Positions 39,606-50,366 are shown, counted from the first letter of the stretch. The stretch is DNA of 60,965 nucleotides from an uncultured Pelagibacteraceae bacterium (GCA_902606665.1 CACLHE010000001.1:1-60965), one strand, 5' to 3'. Notes: generated by a model from the letters alone, not told the origin. A program made the numbers and translations.

Positions 39606-41963
39606 ATGTTGGTTTATTTAAAAAGATCAATAAGGTTAATAATTGCAATTTTAACTCTGGGATTAATTTTTGCATTTTCAACTTTTTGGTACTTTTCATC
39701 AGGTTTACCTGATTATAAAATACTTGCAAACTACAAACCCCCTGTATCTAGCAGAGTGCATTCAGGAGAAGGGCAACTGATAGCAGAATATGCACTACAA
39801 AAAAGGTTATTTATTCCCTACGATTCAGTACCAGATAAGGTAATTTACTCGTTTTTATCAGCAGAAGATAAGAATTTTTTTTCTCACCCAGGAGTTGATG
39901 CAAAAAGTATTACTAGAGCAATTATAAAAAATGTTAAAAATTATTTTTCCGAAAAAAGGTTAGAAGGCGCATCTACTATAACACAACAGGTCGCAAAAAA
40001 TTTTCTATTAACAAGCGAAGTCTCACTTAAAAGAAAAATTAAGGAAGCTATTTTAGCTTTTAGAATTGAAAGGGCATATTCAAAAGAAAGAATAATGGAA
40101 TTATATTTAAATCAAATATATTTGGGACAAGGAACGTATGGTATTGCTGCAGCAAGTTTAGAATATTTTGATAAGGCCGTTAACGAGTTAAGTTATGATG
40201 AGGCTGCTCTTTTAGCTGCCTTACCAAAAGCACCTAGTAAATATAACCCATACAAGTCAATTGAGAAAGCAAAAATAAGAAGAAATCTGGTTTTAAAAAA
40301 TTTATACGATAATTCATATATTACTAAATCTGAATATGAAATATTAAAAGAAAAAAAAATAAAAACAAACAAGAGAGAAATAAAACTTCTTGAAGAAGCT
40401 AATTTCTATTCTGAAGAAGTAAGAAGAATAATTAATGACAAATATGGTTATGATGAGCTCTATAAAGGAGGACTTTCTATTAGAACACCTTTAAATTCTG
40501 ATTATCAAATTGTAGCCATGAAGTCTTTAAGAGAAGGTTTGGAAGAATATGACAGAAGACATGGCTGGAACAAACCAATTTCAAACATAAAAAAATCAGA
40601 CTGGCAAAAAGAAATAAAAGAATTTACAGTTGATAAAAGCTTAAATTGGAAAATAGCTAAAGTTATTGAAGTCAATAAATTAAGTTTGAAAATTGAAATT
40701 CAAAATAAAGAAATAGGTTATATAGATTTTGCAAATATCAGCTGGACTAGAAAAAAGAGTTTTGAAGATTTTTTAAAATTAAATGATATTATTTATGTTA
40801 AAAAAATTAAAAAAAATAAATGGAGTCTAAAACAATTGCCTAAAATTAATGGAGCCATCGTTGTTATGGATCCTTATACTGGAAGAATATTGGCAATGGC
40901 TGGAGGCTTCAGTTTTAGACTTAGTGAATTTAATAGAGCCACCCAAGCAAAAAGACAGCCTGGTTCTGCATTCAAGCCTATTGTTTATGCAGCAGCTTTA
41001 GAAAACGGTTTTACTCCATCAACTTTGGTTTTAGATGCACCTTTCGTTATGGACCAAGGTGAAGGTTTAAAAACTTGGAAACCAGAAAACTACGGTAAAA
41101 AGTTTTATGGTCCCTCAACTTTAAGAACAGGTATTGAAAAATCTAGAAATTTGATGACGGTTAGGATAGCTCAAAAAGTAGGATTTGAAGAAATTTCAAA
41201 AATGACAAAAAATTTTGGTATATATGATGATGTGCCTGAACTGCTGTCAGTCTCATTAGGAGCGGCAGAAACAACTTTAATTCAACTCACAAATGCTTAT
41301 TGCACTTTTGTAAATGGAGGAAAAAAAGTTAGTCCAAAATTTATAGATAGAATTCAAGATAGGCGTGGTAAAACAATTTTTAATGCAGACAAGAGAAAAT
41401 GTATAGGATGTAAAGAAATTTCGTATTTAAAAGAAGAAATTCCAACTATTGAAAATAATAACGAACAAATAATTTCTCCTGAAACAGCTTATCAAGTTAC
41501 TTCTATGCTAGAGGGCGTTGTAAAAAGAGGGACAGGAAGAAAACTTAGAAATTTAAATTTAATATTAGCTGGAAAAACAGGTACAACAAATAAAAATATG
41601 GACGCTTGGTTTTTAGGATTTACATCTAAACTTGTTATCGGAGTATATGTGGGTTTTGATGAACCAAAAACACTAGGAAAATATGAAACTGGGGCAAAAG
41701 CAGCTCTACCAGTTTTTAAAAAATTCGTAGAAAAGACAGTCAGAAAAAATGATGCTTTGCCTTTTAAAGTACCAAAAAATATTAGTCTAGCATTAGTTGA
41801 TGCAGAAACAGGCTTGCAACCAAATGCAAATTCAAAAAAAATCATATACGAATCATTTAAAATGAAAGATAACAGTGTAGTTGGGCTTGAAAAATTATCT
41901 GATAAAGATAAATTGGGATTTTATGATTCCGAAAATAAAAGAACTATTTTAAAGTTTTATTAA
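39606..41963 (+). CDS. mrcA: penicillin-binding protein 1A (bifunctional glycosyltransferase/transpeptidase)
   Basis: It has an N-terminal TM anchor, GT51 motifs (EDKNFFSHPGVD, GASTITQQ, RKIKE) and transpeptidase motifs (SAFKP, SRN, KTGTT). Confidence 0.95.
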   Translation: MLVYLKRSIRLIIAILTLGLIFAFSTFWYFSSGLPDYKILANYKPPVSSRVHSGEGQLIAEYALQKRLFIPYDSVPDKVIYSFLSAEDKNFFSHPGVDAKSITRAIIKNVKNYFSEKRLEGASTITQQVAKNFLLTSEVSLKRKIKEAILAFRIERAYSKERIMELYLNQIYLGQGTYGIAAASLEYFDKAVNELSYDEAALLAALPKAPSKYNPYKSIEKAKIRRNLVLKNLYDNSYITKSEYEILKEKKIKTNKREIKLLEEANFYSEEVRRIINDKYGYDELYKGGLSIRTPLNSDYQIVAMKSLREGLEEYDRRHGWNKPISNIKKSDWQKEIKEFTVDKSLNWKIAKVIEVNKLSLKIEIQNKEIGYIDFANISWTRKKSFEDFLKLNDIIYVKKIKKNKWSLKQLPKINGAIVVMDPYTGRILAMAGGFSFRLSEFNRATQAKRQPGSAFKPIVYAAALENGFTPSTLVLDAPFVMDQGEGLKTWKPENYGKKFYGPSTLRTGIEKSRNLMTVRIAQKVGFEEISKMTKNFGIYDDVPELLSVSLGAAETTLIQLTNAYCTFVNGGKKVSPKFIDRIQDRRGKTIFNADKRKCIGCKEISYLKEEIPTIENNNEQIISPETAYQVTSMLEGVVKRGTGRKLRNLNLILAGKTGTTNKNMDAWFLGFTSKLVIGVYVGFDEPKTLGKYETGAKAALPVFKKFVEKTVRKNDALPFKVPKNISLALVDAETGLQPNANSKKIIYESFKMKDNSVVGLEKLSDKDKLGFYDSENKRTILKFY

Positions 41964-41965
41964 AA

Positions 41966-43067
41966 ATGAATGATATAAAAAATAAAATTTCTGAAGTCAA
42001 AAAAGTGGTTGATAATATCAGGGGGTATCTTTGATAAAAATAAAATCAAAGATAAAATTAAAGAGTTTGAAACCAAAATAATAGATCAGAATTTTTGGAA
42101 AGATAAACTAACTGCTCAAAAAATTCTTAAAGAAAAAAAGTTTTTTGAAGATATAATTAAAAACTTTAACTTTTCAATAAATGAATTAGAAAATTTGGAG
42201 CAACTTCTACAACTTGCCACTGAAGAAGATAATATTACAGTAATAAAAGACTGTGATAAAAAAATAAATTTACTTTTTAACCAAATAAAAAAAACAGAAG
42301 TTTCATGTTTTTTATCTGGTGAAAATGATCATCTAGATACTTATCTTGAAATTCATGCGGGCGCAGGTGGAACAGAAAGTCAGGATTGGGCTCAAATGCT
42401 AAGAAGAATGTATTCAAAATGGATAGAAAAAAAGAAATCTAGATTTGAAGTAATTAGCGAACATAAAGGTGATGAAGCGGGAATAAAATCAACCATTCTC
42501 AAAATTACTGGTTCGTATATGTACGGTTGGCTTAAATCTGAGTCCGGAGTTCATAGGTTGGTTAGAATTTCACCTTTTGATTCAGGATCAAGAAGACATA
42601 CAAGTTTTGCTAGTGTATGGGTGTATCCCGTTATAGATGATAGTATTAAAATAGATATTAAAGAAAAAGATATTAGAATTGACACCTATAGATCCAGTGG
42701 TGCAGGCGGTCAGCACGTAAACACAACAGATAGTGCCGTTAGAATAACTCATCTTCCAACTAATATTGTTGTTCAATGTCAAAATGAGAGATCTCAACAT
42801 AAAAATAAAGAAACTTGTTTTAATATGTTGAAGGCTCGTTTATATGAACATGAAATTCAAATAAAAGAAAAAGTGTCGGAAAATTTAGCAAAATCTAAAA
42901 CTGATATAGGATGGGGACACCAAATTAGATCTTATGTTCTACAACCATATCAATTAGTTAAAGATCTAAGAAACAACCTTGAAAATACAGATCCCGAAAG
43001 CGTATTAGATGGTGATATTGATGAATTTTTAGAAGCAGCCCTATATCAAAATGGAAAAACAAAATAA
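41966..43067 (+). CDS. prfB: peptide chain release factor 2, requiring a programmed +1 frameshift: join(41966..42031, 42033..43067)
   Basis: The short frame-0 ORF MNDIKNKISEVKKVVDNIRGYL ends at an in-frame TGA (42032-42034). The +1 frame continues with DKNKIKDKIKEFE... and carries the SPF (RISPFDS) and GGQ (SGAGGQHVN) motifs. Confidence 0.95.
42020..42035 (+). promoter_or_regulatory. prfB autoregulatory +1 frameshift site
   Basis: The sequence AGG GGG TAT CTT TGA T contains an internal SD-like AGGGGG, the slippery CTT codon, and a weak-context UGA. It is nearly identical to the E. coli prfB site. Confidence 0.9.
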
Positions 43068-43069
43068 CC

Positions 43070-45307
43070 ATGGGTAAATTTATTATAAAATTTTCACTTT
43101 TCTCTCTGACAGCTATTATAATATTAGCTATTTATCTTACCCTAGTCGGCATTAATACTGATAAATTTGATAACATAATTAAAAATAAAGCAAATGATAT
43201 TAATAAAAATGTAAAATTAGAATTTAAAAAGACAAAAATTCATTTGAACTTCAGTGAGTTAAATCTAGTAATAAAACTACAAAATCCAAAAATTGAAATT
43301 AAAAATGATGAAGTAGATTTATCCAAACTTGATTTATTCTTGCCTATTAAATCTTTTTTTAGTTCTGATTTCTTACTACAAAGAACTGAAATAGCCTTTG
43401 TAAAAAATGATATAAAAGATCTGACTAAAGTAACAAACATTTTTCTTCCAAAACTAATTAATAATAAACTTAAAAAAATATTTGCAAAAGGTAATTTAGA
43501 AGGGGAGTTTATAATACCATTTAAATCTGATGGCAGTATAGATAATGATTATGGATTTACGGGAGAAGTATCAAATGCATTAATTAACTTAACAAAAGAA
43601 TTGTCAATAAAAAATTTAACAACAAAAATTGAACATACGATGGGGTCAGAGGGTGATATTTTTGATATAAGAGTTAAAGAAGGTTTAATCTATAATATTC
43701 AAATAGCTGACAGTATAATTAATCTAAAACGTAAAAAAAACATAACCGAAGTACAAAGTTCGTTGAAAACAAATGGGAAAATAAATTTTCTACAATTTAA
43801 TAAATTATCAACGCTGTTTGATTTAAATATTAGTAACATAAAAGAAATAAATGGAGATGTAGATTTAATAACAAATATTAGTTTTAATTTAGAAAAAAAA
43901 CTAAAATTAAGAAACTTAAAATATAATTCTGCAGGTAAAATACCTAATTTAGAAATCAAAACTAGCGAAATCAAAACAATCAAGAAATATTTACCTGATT
44001 ATGACGCTAAAATAACTTTAAAGGATACAAATTTTAAATTTTCAAATTCTAAATCAGCTCTTATGATTGATTCAAACGGTATGTTTAAAACAAAAGATCA
44101 GTTTGATTCTTTTAATTTAAATCAAACCTTTGATAAGAATAGTAAAAAATTCAATGTTAAAGGAAGCTTCAATTTAAATAACTCTAAAATTACAGTTGAT
44201 AAATTAAATTATAATAAAGATGCTGGTGAAAAATCAGAACTTAATTTTGATATTAATTTTATCTTAGATAAGTTTTACAGTATTAAAAATTTAAATTTTA
44301 TAGAAGACAAAACACAAATATATTTATCGGATATAAAATTTAATAAAAAGTTAGAAATTATAGATTTTAAAGAAACGAAAATAAAAACTTTTTCTAAAGA
44401 GATAAAAAATAATGATTTTTTTGTTAAAAAATCAGAAAAAATTGTAATTTTAGGGGATATTTTTGATGCACAGCCTCTGCTTAAGTCTCTTTACAAAAAG
44501 GATAATAAAAAAACTTTTAGTAAAAAATTTAATAGCGAGGTAAAAGTGAATTTTGGTAAAGCGCTAACAGGTACAAATGATGATATATCGGATTTTGCAA
44601 TGGTTGCATCAATTAAAAAGGGATCATATGAAAAATTAAGTTTGAAAGGAAACTATTCAGCTCAAGAAATAATCGAAATGTCCATCTATCAGGTTGATAA
44701 AGATAAAAAAACGCTTCAAGTAATTTCAGATAGAGCTAGGCCTTTCATAAAAAATTTTGATTTTATAAAAGGTTTTGAAAAAGGAAAATTAGAATATGAA
44801 TCAACTATTTCCAAAGAAATTACAAATTCTAATTTAATAATTACAGATTTTAAAGTTTCAAAAGTACCAGCTTTAGCAAAGCTGCTGACATTAGCATCCT
44901 TAAAAGGTATTGCTGACACCCTTAGCGGCGAAGGCATTAGTTTTGATTCATTTGAAATGAAGACCAACACTAAAGGTAATCTTTTAAATATAGAAGATGC
45001 TCTAGCAATGGGACCCGCAGTATCAATTTTATTAGATGGATATGTTGATAAAGGAAAAATTGTTAGTCTAAGAGGAACCTTGGTGCCTGCAACTAAACTT
45101 AATTCTATAATAGCTTCTATACCTTTAGTTGGAGAAATATTAGTCGGAAAAAAAACAGGTGAAGGTGTCGTTGGTGTTAGCTTTAAAATGAAAGGCCCTC
45201 CTAAAGAAATTAAGACCACTGTAAATCCAATAAAAACTTTAACTCCAAGATTTATAGTAAGAGCTGTAGAAAAAATGAAGAGGGTAAAAAAACAGGAAAC
45301 TAAATAA
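43070..45307 (+). CDS. YhdP/AsmA-like envelope protein (N-terminal anchor, long beta-rich body)
   Basis: It has an N-terminal TM helix (FSLFSLTAIIILAIYLTLVGI). The C-terminal block LTLASLKGIADTLSGEGISFDSFEM...RGTLVPATKLNSIIASIPLVGEILVGKKTGEGVVGVSFKMKGPPKEIKTTVNPIKTLTPRFI resembles the YhdP/AsmA-like C-terminus as I remember it. Confidence 0.5.
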   Translation: MGKFIIKFSLFSLTAIIILAIYLTLVGINTDKFDNIIKNKANDINKNVKLEFKKTKIHLNFSELNLVIKLQNPKIEIKNDEVDLSKLDLFLPIKSFFSSDFLLQRTEIAFVKNDIKDLTKVTNIFLPKLINNKLKKIFAKGNLEGEFIIPFKSDGSIDNDYGFTGEVSNALINLTKELSIKNLTTKIEHTMGSEGDIFDIRVKEGLIYNIQIADSIINLKRKKNITEVQSSLKTNGKINFLQFNKLSTLFDLNISNIKEINGDVDLITNISFNLEKKLKLRNLKYNSAGKIPNLEIKTSEIKTIKKYLPDYDAKITLKDTNFKFSNSKSALMIDSNGMFKTKDQFDSFNLNQTFDKNSKKFNVKGSFNLNNSKITVDKLNYNKDAGEKSELNFDINFILDKFYSIKNLNFIEDKTQIYLSDIKFNKKLEIIDFKETKIKTFSKEIKNNDFFVKKSEKIVILGDIFDAQPLLKSLYKKDNKKTFSKKFNSEVKVNFGKALTGTNDDISDFAMVASIKKGSYEKLSLKGNYSAQEIIEMSIYQVDKDKKTLQVISDRARPFIKNFDFIKGFEKGKLEYESTISKEITNSNLIITDFKVSKVPALAKLLTLASLKGIADTLSGEGISFDSFEMKTNTKGNLLNIEDALAMGPAVSILLDGYVDKGKIVSLRGTLVPATKLNSIIASIPLVGEILVGKKTGEGVVGVSFKMKGPPKEIKTTVNPIKTLTPRFIVRAVEKMKRVKKQETK

Positions 45308-46535
45308 TTTTTATAATAACGTGGTGTTTTTTACCATGAGAAACTTTCATATTATTATCATTATCAAAATTATTCTGATCAATTATTTTTTTTTCATCTG
45401 TTATAATCTCATTATTAATTCTTAAACCATTATTTTTAATCATTCTTCTAATCTCACTTTTTGAAATTGCCAGTTTTGAATGAATAACTATATCTAATAT
45501 ATTTATTCCCTTAATAATTATTTCTTTATTAATTTTTATAACAGGCAAGTTTTTTCCAATAGATTTTTCACCAAAAGTTTTTTGAGCTGTTAATTCAGAA
45601 TCTTTTGCTGCTTTTAACCCATGCAACATATTAGTCGTTTCATTTGCAAGTTTAATTTTTAGTTGGTTAATATTTTTATTTTTTAAAATTTCTATTTCTT
45701 TCAAGTCTAAATCGGTGAAAAGTTTCAAAAAATTTATTACATCTTTATCATCCGTATTTCTCCAAAACTGCCAGTAATCGTAAGGTGAAAGCATTTTTTT
45801 ATTTAACCAAATAGCACCCTTTTCGGTCTTTCCCATTTTTGCACCAGAAGATAATGTTATAAGAGGAGTAGTTAAGCCATAAGCTTGTATTTTATCCTTC
45901 CTTTTAATTAAGTCTGTCCCATTAACTATATTTCCCCACTGATCCGAGCCTCCGATTTGTAATATACATTTATACTTTTTGTTAAGCTCATGGAAATCAT
46001 AGGCTTGAAGCATCATATAATTAAATTCCATATAACTTAAAGATTGCTCTCTTTCTAAGCGTAATTTCACACTATCAAATGTTAACATTTTATTTACGGT
46101 AAAATGTTTACCAACATCTCTTAAAAAATTAATATAATTCAATTTACCTAGCCATGTGTAATTGTTAACAAAAATTGGCTTAGTTTTTGGATTTTTTGTT
46201 TTTAAGAAAATTTTAAATGTATTTTCAATACTTTTTATATTTTTATCGATTTCTTTTTTATTAATAATTTTTCTGGTTTCTTCTTTTCCAGAAGGATCAC
46301 CTATTAGAGTTGTTCCTCCTCCAAGAAGTACTATCGGTTGATGTCCATATTTTTGTAACAAACGCAAGCACATAATTTGCATCAAACTTCCGACATGTAA
46401 ACTTGGAGCAGTACAATCAAAGCCTATATAGGCTTTGATTTTATTTTTAGACATTAAATCACTTAAGGCATATTGATCAGTACACTGATGAAAATAGCCT
46501 CTTTCCTGAAATTCTTTTAGAAATGTTTCTTGCAT
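45300..46535 (-). CDS. tyrS: tyrosine--tRNA ligase
   Basis: It has a HIGH-type motif (PSLHVGSL), a KMSKS-type motif (KMGKT) and a C-terminal S4-like domain. Confidence 0.95.
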   Translation of the reverse strand: MQETFLKEFQERGYFHQCTDQYALSDLMSKNKIKAYIGFDCTAPSLHVGSLMQIMCLRLLQKYGHQPIVLLGGGTTLIGDPSGKEETRKIINKKEIDKNIKSIENTFKIFLKTKNPKTKPIFVNNYTWLGKLNYINFLRDVGKHFTVNKMLTFDSVKLRLEREQSLSYMEFNYMMLQAYDFHELNKKYKCILQIGGSDQWGNIVNGTDLIKRKDKIQAYGLTTPLITLSSGAKMGKTEKGAIWLNKKMLSPYDYWQFWRNTDDKDVINFLKLFTDLDLKEIEILKNKNINQLKIKLANETTNMLHGLKAAKDSELTAQKTFGEKSIGKNLPVIKINKEIIIKGINILDIVIHSKLAISKSEIRRMIKNNGLRINNEIITDEKKIIDQNNFDNDNNMKVSHGKKHHVIIKII

Positions 46536-46596
46536 GAATTTTTTAGCTTCTTTAAAGTTGTAATATACAAGATTCCTTTTAAATTAAATATAATTT

Positions 46597-47700
46597 ATGA
46601 ATAAATCCTATTATAGTTTAGGTCTAATGAGTGGCACATCTGCTGATGGAGTAGATGCATCAGTTATACAATCAGATGGCGATACTCAATATAAAGTAAT
46701 TTTCGACAGATATTTTGAATATAACAAGGATATTTATAAGAATATTCATACTCTAAAAGAGGAAATAAATGACTCAAAAGATTTAAAAAATTTATCAAAA
46801 AAAATACAACCTCTAGAAAAAAAAATAACACTATTCCACGCAAACGCAGTTAAAGAAATTATTAAAGAAACTAATAAAAATATTGATTTGATAGGATTCC
46901 ATGGCCAAACCATTTTCCATAATGAAAAAGAAAAAATTTCTAAACAAATAGGTGATGGAAAATTACTTAATTCACTTACAAATAAAGTAGTTGTTTATAA
47001 TTTTAGAAAAAATGATTTAAATAATGGAGGTAATGGTGCTCCATTAACACCAATATTTCATAAACTATTAAAAAAAAATTTTAAAATAAACAATGTAACA
47101 TTTGTTAATATTGGTGGAATATCAAATATAACTAGTTTATGGGATGATAACAATATGTCAGGAACTGATATTGGACCAGGGATGTGTTTGATTGATTATT
47201 GGTTAAGAAAAAAATCAAAAAAAAATTATGATAAGAATGGCTCAGTAGCAAAATCTGGAAAAATAAATAAATTGGTATTAGAGACTCTTCTAGATAATTT
47301 CTATAGAAAACAAAAGACTTTGGGAGTAGGACCGATCAAATCATTCGATACGAAATATTTTGATATTACGCCTTTAAAAAAATTGTCTTTAGAAGATGGA
47401 GCCGCAACATTAACGGAATTTACATCTCAAACAATAATAACCGCTCTAGATATTAACAAGCATAAAGAAAAAATTATTTTATGTGGTGGAGGAAGAAAAA
47501 ATAATTTTTTAATTACCAAATTAAAAGAAAAAATTAATAACATAAAGCTAATAGATGAATACGGAGTAAATGGAGATTTTGTAGAGTCGCAGGCTTTTGC
47601 CTATCTTGCTATTAGATCTTTTCTTAAATTGCCAATTTCATTTCCTGAAACAACAGGAGTAAAAAAACCTTGTTCTGGAGGAGAAATTATTTCTAATTAA
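46597..47700 (+). CDS. anmK: anhydro-N-acetylmuramic acid kinase
   Basis: GLMSGTSADGVDAS, NIGGISN and GGGRKN blocks are typical of AnmK. Confidence 0.9.
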   Translation: MNKSYYSLGLMSGTSADGVDASVIQSDGDTQYKVIFDRYFEYNKDIYKNIHTLKEEINDSKDLKNLSKKIQPLEKKITLFHANAVKEIIKETNKNIDLIGFHGQTIFHNEKEKISKQIGDGKLLNSLTNKVVVYNFRKNDLNNGGNGAPLTPIFHKLLKKNFKINNVTFVNIGGISNITSLWDDNNMSGTDIGPGMCLIDYWLRKKSKKNYDKNGSVAKSGKINKLVLETLLDNFYRKQKTLGVGPIKSFDTKYFDITPLKKLSLEDGAATLTEFTSQTIITALDINKHKEKIILCGGGRKNNFLITKLKEKINNIKLIDEYGVNGDFVESQAFAYLAIRSFLKLPISFPETTGVKKPCSGGEIISN

Positions 47701-48350
47701 GCAATAGTTGTTTTTTCTTTTATATATTTGTCAATTATGACAGCTAAATCTTTTTCTTTACTTTTATAAAAGTGATTAGCATTTATACAATCAAATCTTA
47801 CATTGATATTTTTTTGTACACTTAATCTTTTTTTTAAATTTAATATACTATCAATTTCAACAAGCTCATCATTTTTCCCATAAACTACCAATCCTGAAAT
47901 AGGGCATGGAGCTAAGAAAGTAAAATCATACACGTTTGGTTGTGGTGAAATAGCTACAAATTTATTCACCTCAGGTCTTCTCATAATTAGTTGCATGCAT
48001 ATTAATGCTCCAAAAGAAAATCCTGAGACCCAACATTGACTATAACCTGGATTATCTCTTTCGATCCAATCTAAAGCTGCCGCAGCATCAGAAAGTTCTC
48101 CTTGACCGTTATCAAAAACACCATCGCTTTTTTCTACGCCCCTAAAATTTATTCTAATTACAGAAAAATTATTTTTATAAAAACAATTATAGGCCTCATA
48201 TACTATCCTGTTGTTCATCGTTCCACCATATTGAGGGTGAGGCTGCAAAACTAAAGCGATTGGTGAAGCTTGTTTTTTACTTTTAAAGTATTTTGCTTGA
48301 ATTCTTCCACTTGGTCCTGGAATAAATATTTCTTTGTTTTCAATTACCAT
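47697..48350 (-). CDS. alpha/beta-fold hydrolase, specificity unknown
   Basis: It has the nucleophile elbow GFSFGA (GxSxG) and a typical alpha/beta layout. I place the start at MVIENKE (48350) rather than at the 10-codon hydrophobic extension beginning at 48380. Confidence 0.7.
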   Translation of the reverse strand: MVIENKEIFIPGPSGRIQAKYFKSKKQASPIALVLQPHPQYGGTMNNRIVYEAYNCFYKNNFSVIRINFRGVEKSDGVFDNGQGELSDAAAALDWIERDNPGYSQCWVSGFSFGALICMQLIMRRPEVNKFVAISPQPNVYDFTFLAPCPISGLVVYGKNDELVEIDSILNLKKRLSVQKNINVRFDCINANHFYKSKEKDLAVIIDKYIKEKTTIA

Positions 48351-48432
48351 ATATTTTTTAATAATGATAACTAGTATCACTAAAAAAACAGTCTTATAGC
48401 ACGTTTGAAGTGCTACAATTTTATTTATTTCT

Positions 48433-48465
48433 ATACTTGACTAATTTAGTAGGAATACGTAAATA
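48433..48465 (+). promoter_or_regulatory. candidate suf-operon promoter with an overlapping IscR type-1-like operator
   Basis: ATACTTGACTAATTTAGTAGGAATA (48433-48457) fits the remembered IscR type-1 consensus ATASYYGACTRWWWYAGTCRRSTAT at most positions. It contains a -35 TTGACT (48437-48442), followed by a 17-nt spacer and a -10 TAAATA (48460-48465), 27 nt before the Rrf2 gene ATG. Confidence 0.45.
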
Positions 48466-48492
48466 AGCTTAACTAATTAACACTTATTCAAT

Positions 48493-48933
48493 ATGAAACT
48501 AACAAGTAAAGGAAGATACGCAGTAATGGCCATGGCCGATTTGGCTAAGAATAATGGGAATACGCCAATAAGCTTAACAGAGATATCATTAAGACAAGGA
48601 ATTTCTTTATCATTTTTAGAACAGTTATTTTTAAGACTTAAGAAAAATAATTTAGTTTTAAGTTCGCGGGGTTCACATGGAGGTTATTTATTAAGTAAAG
48701 ATCCCGAAGAAATAAAATTATCAAGTATAATCAATGCAGTTGATGAAAAAATCAAAACTGTTAAATGCAAAAAAGAATCAAAAAAAGGTTGCAATGGAAA
48801 ATCAGTGAAGTGCATCACTCATAACTTATGGGACGATCTTGAGTCACATATAAATAGTTTTTTTGAAAAAAATACTCTTAAAGATATAATTTATAAACAA
48901 ACTATGGATAACAATAGAAAAATTAATTCATGA
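48493..48933 (+). CDS. iscR: Rrf2-family Fe-S-responsive transcriptional regulator (IscR-like)
   Basis: [18 protein letters not shown] forms an Rrf2 winged helix. A three-Cys cluster ([16 protein letters not shown]) occupies the position of the IscR [2Fe-2S] ligands. It is the first gene of the suf operon. Confidence 0.85.
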   Translation: MKLTSKGRYAVMAMADLAKNNGNTPISLTEISLRQGISLSFLEQLFLRLKKNNLVLSSRGSHGGYLLSKDPEEIKLSSIINAVDEKIKTVKCKKESKKGCNGKSVKCITHNLWDDLESHINSFFEKNTLKDIIYKQTMDNNRKINS

Positions 48934-50366
48934 AATCCACAGAAATTGAAAAAGCAAAAGAATACAAATATGGTTTTACTACTGACATTGAAAGTATTAA
49001 AGCCCCCAAAGGTTTAAGCAAAGAAGTTATACAATTTATATCAAAAATAAAAAAAGAACCAAAATGGATGTTAGATTGGAGATTGAAAGCTTTTGATAGA
49101 CTTAAAAAAATGAAGGAGCCAAATTGGCAAAAACCAAAATATCCAAAAATTAATTATCAAGAATTATATTATTATTCTGCACCTAAATCTGCACAAGATA
49201 AACCTAAAAGCCTTGATGAAGTTGATCCAAAATTATTAGAAACATATGCTAAACTTGGCATACCTTTAAAAGAACAAGAAAAATTAAGTGGAGTCGCAGT
49301 TGATGCTGTTTTTGACTCTGTTTCAGTTGCTACAACTTTTAAAGATAAATTAACGGAAAAGGGAATTATTTTTTGTCCTATATCAGAAGCTATTAAAAAA
49401 CACCCGGACTTAGTAAAAAAATATCTTGGTTCAGTAATTCCTATAACGGATCATTATTTTGCAACTTTAAATTCAGCAGTTTTTACTGATGGTTCTTTTG
49501 TTTACATACCTGAAGGAGTTAGATGTCCTATGGAACTGTCAACTTATTTTAGAATTAATGCATCAGAAACTGGACAATTTGAAAGGACGTTAATCATCGC
49601 TGACAAAGGTAGTTATGTAAGTTATCTAGAAGGATGTACGGCGCCTATGAGAGATGAAAACCAACTCCATGCCGCAAACGTTGAACTAATAGCTTTAGAT
49701 GATGCTGAAATAAAATACTCTACTGTACAAAATTGGTATCCCGGGGATGAAAATGGAAAAGGTGGAATTTACAATTTTGTTACTAAAAGAGGAGCTTGTC
49801 GTGGAAAAAATTCAAAAATTTCTTGGACACAAGTGGAAACAGGATCTGCAATTACTTGGAAATATCCTAGCTGTATATTACAAGGAGACAATTCTGTAGG
49901 AGAATTTTATTCAATAGCAATAACTAATAATCACCAAAAAGCTGATACTGGTACTAAAATGATACATTTAGGAAAAAATACTAAAAGTAAAATTATCTCA
50001 AAAGGAATATCAGCAGGTAAAGCAGATAACACCTATAGAGGATTGGTTGATATTAATAAAAAGGCATTAAATTCTAGAAATTACACTCAATGCGATTCTT
50101 TACTTATGGGGAACAAGTGTGGTGCTCATACAGTTCCATATATAAAAAATAAAAACTCTTCATCAGTTGTTGAGCATGAAGCAACAACTTCAAAAATTAA
50201 TGAAGAACAATTATATTATTGCAATCAAAGAGGTTTAAACCAAGAAGAAGCAGTCAGCTTGATTGTTAACGGTTTTTGCAAGGAGGTATTGCAACAGTTA
50301 CCAATGGAATTTGCCGTTGAAGCACAAAAATTAGTAGGCATTAGTTTAGAAGGAAGTGTGGGTTAA
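48930..50366 (+). CDS. sufB: Fe-S cluster assembly scaffold SufB
   Basis: The 478-aa product shows typical SufB blocks ([52 protein letters not shown]). Confidence 0.96.
   Translation: MKSTEIEKAKEYKYGFTTDIESIKAPKGLSKEVIQFISKIKKEPKWMLDWRLKAFDRLKKMKEPNWQKPKYPKINYQELYYYSAPKSAQDKPKSLDEVDPKLLETYAKLGIPLKEQEKLSGVAVDAVFDSVSVATTFKDKLTEKGIIFCPISEAIKKHPDLVKKYLGSVIPITDHYFATLNSAVFTDGSFVYIPEGVRCPMELSTYFRINASETGQFERTLIIADKGSYVSYLEGCTAPMRDENQLHAANVELIALDDAEIKYSTVQNWYPGDENGKGGIYNFVTKRGACRGKNSKISWTQVETGSAITWKYPSCILQGDNSVGEFYSIAITNNHQKADTGTKMIHLGKNTKSKIISKGISAGKADNTYRGLVDINKKALNSRNYTQCDSLLMGNKCGAHTVPYIKNKNSSSVVEHEATTSKINEEQLYYCNQRGLNQEEAVSLIVNGFCKEVLQQLPMEFAVEAQKLVGISLEGSVG

Noticed and set aside
44716-45219. 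A 167-aa ORF on the - strand inside the YhdP/AsmA-like gene.
   Set aside because: This is a shadow ORF antisense to a well-supported long gene. The product is P/S/L/I-rich low complexity with no motif, and there is no promoter or RBS context.
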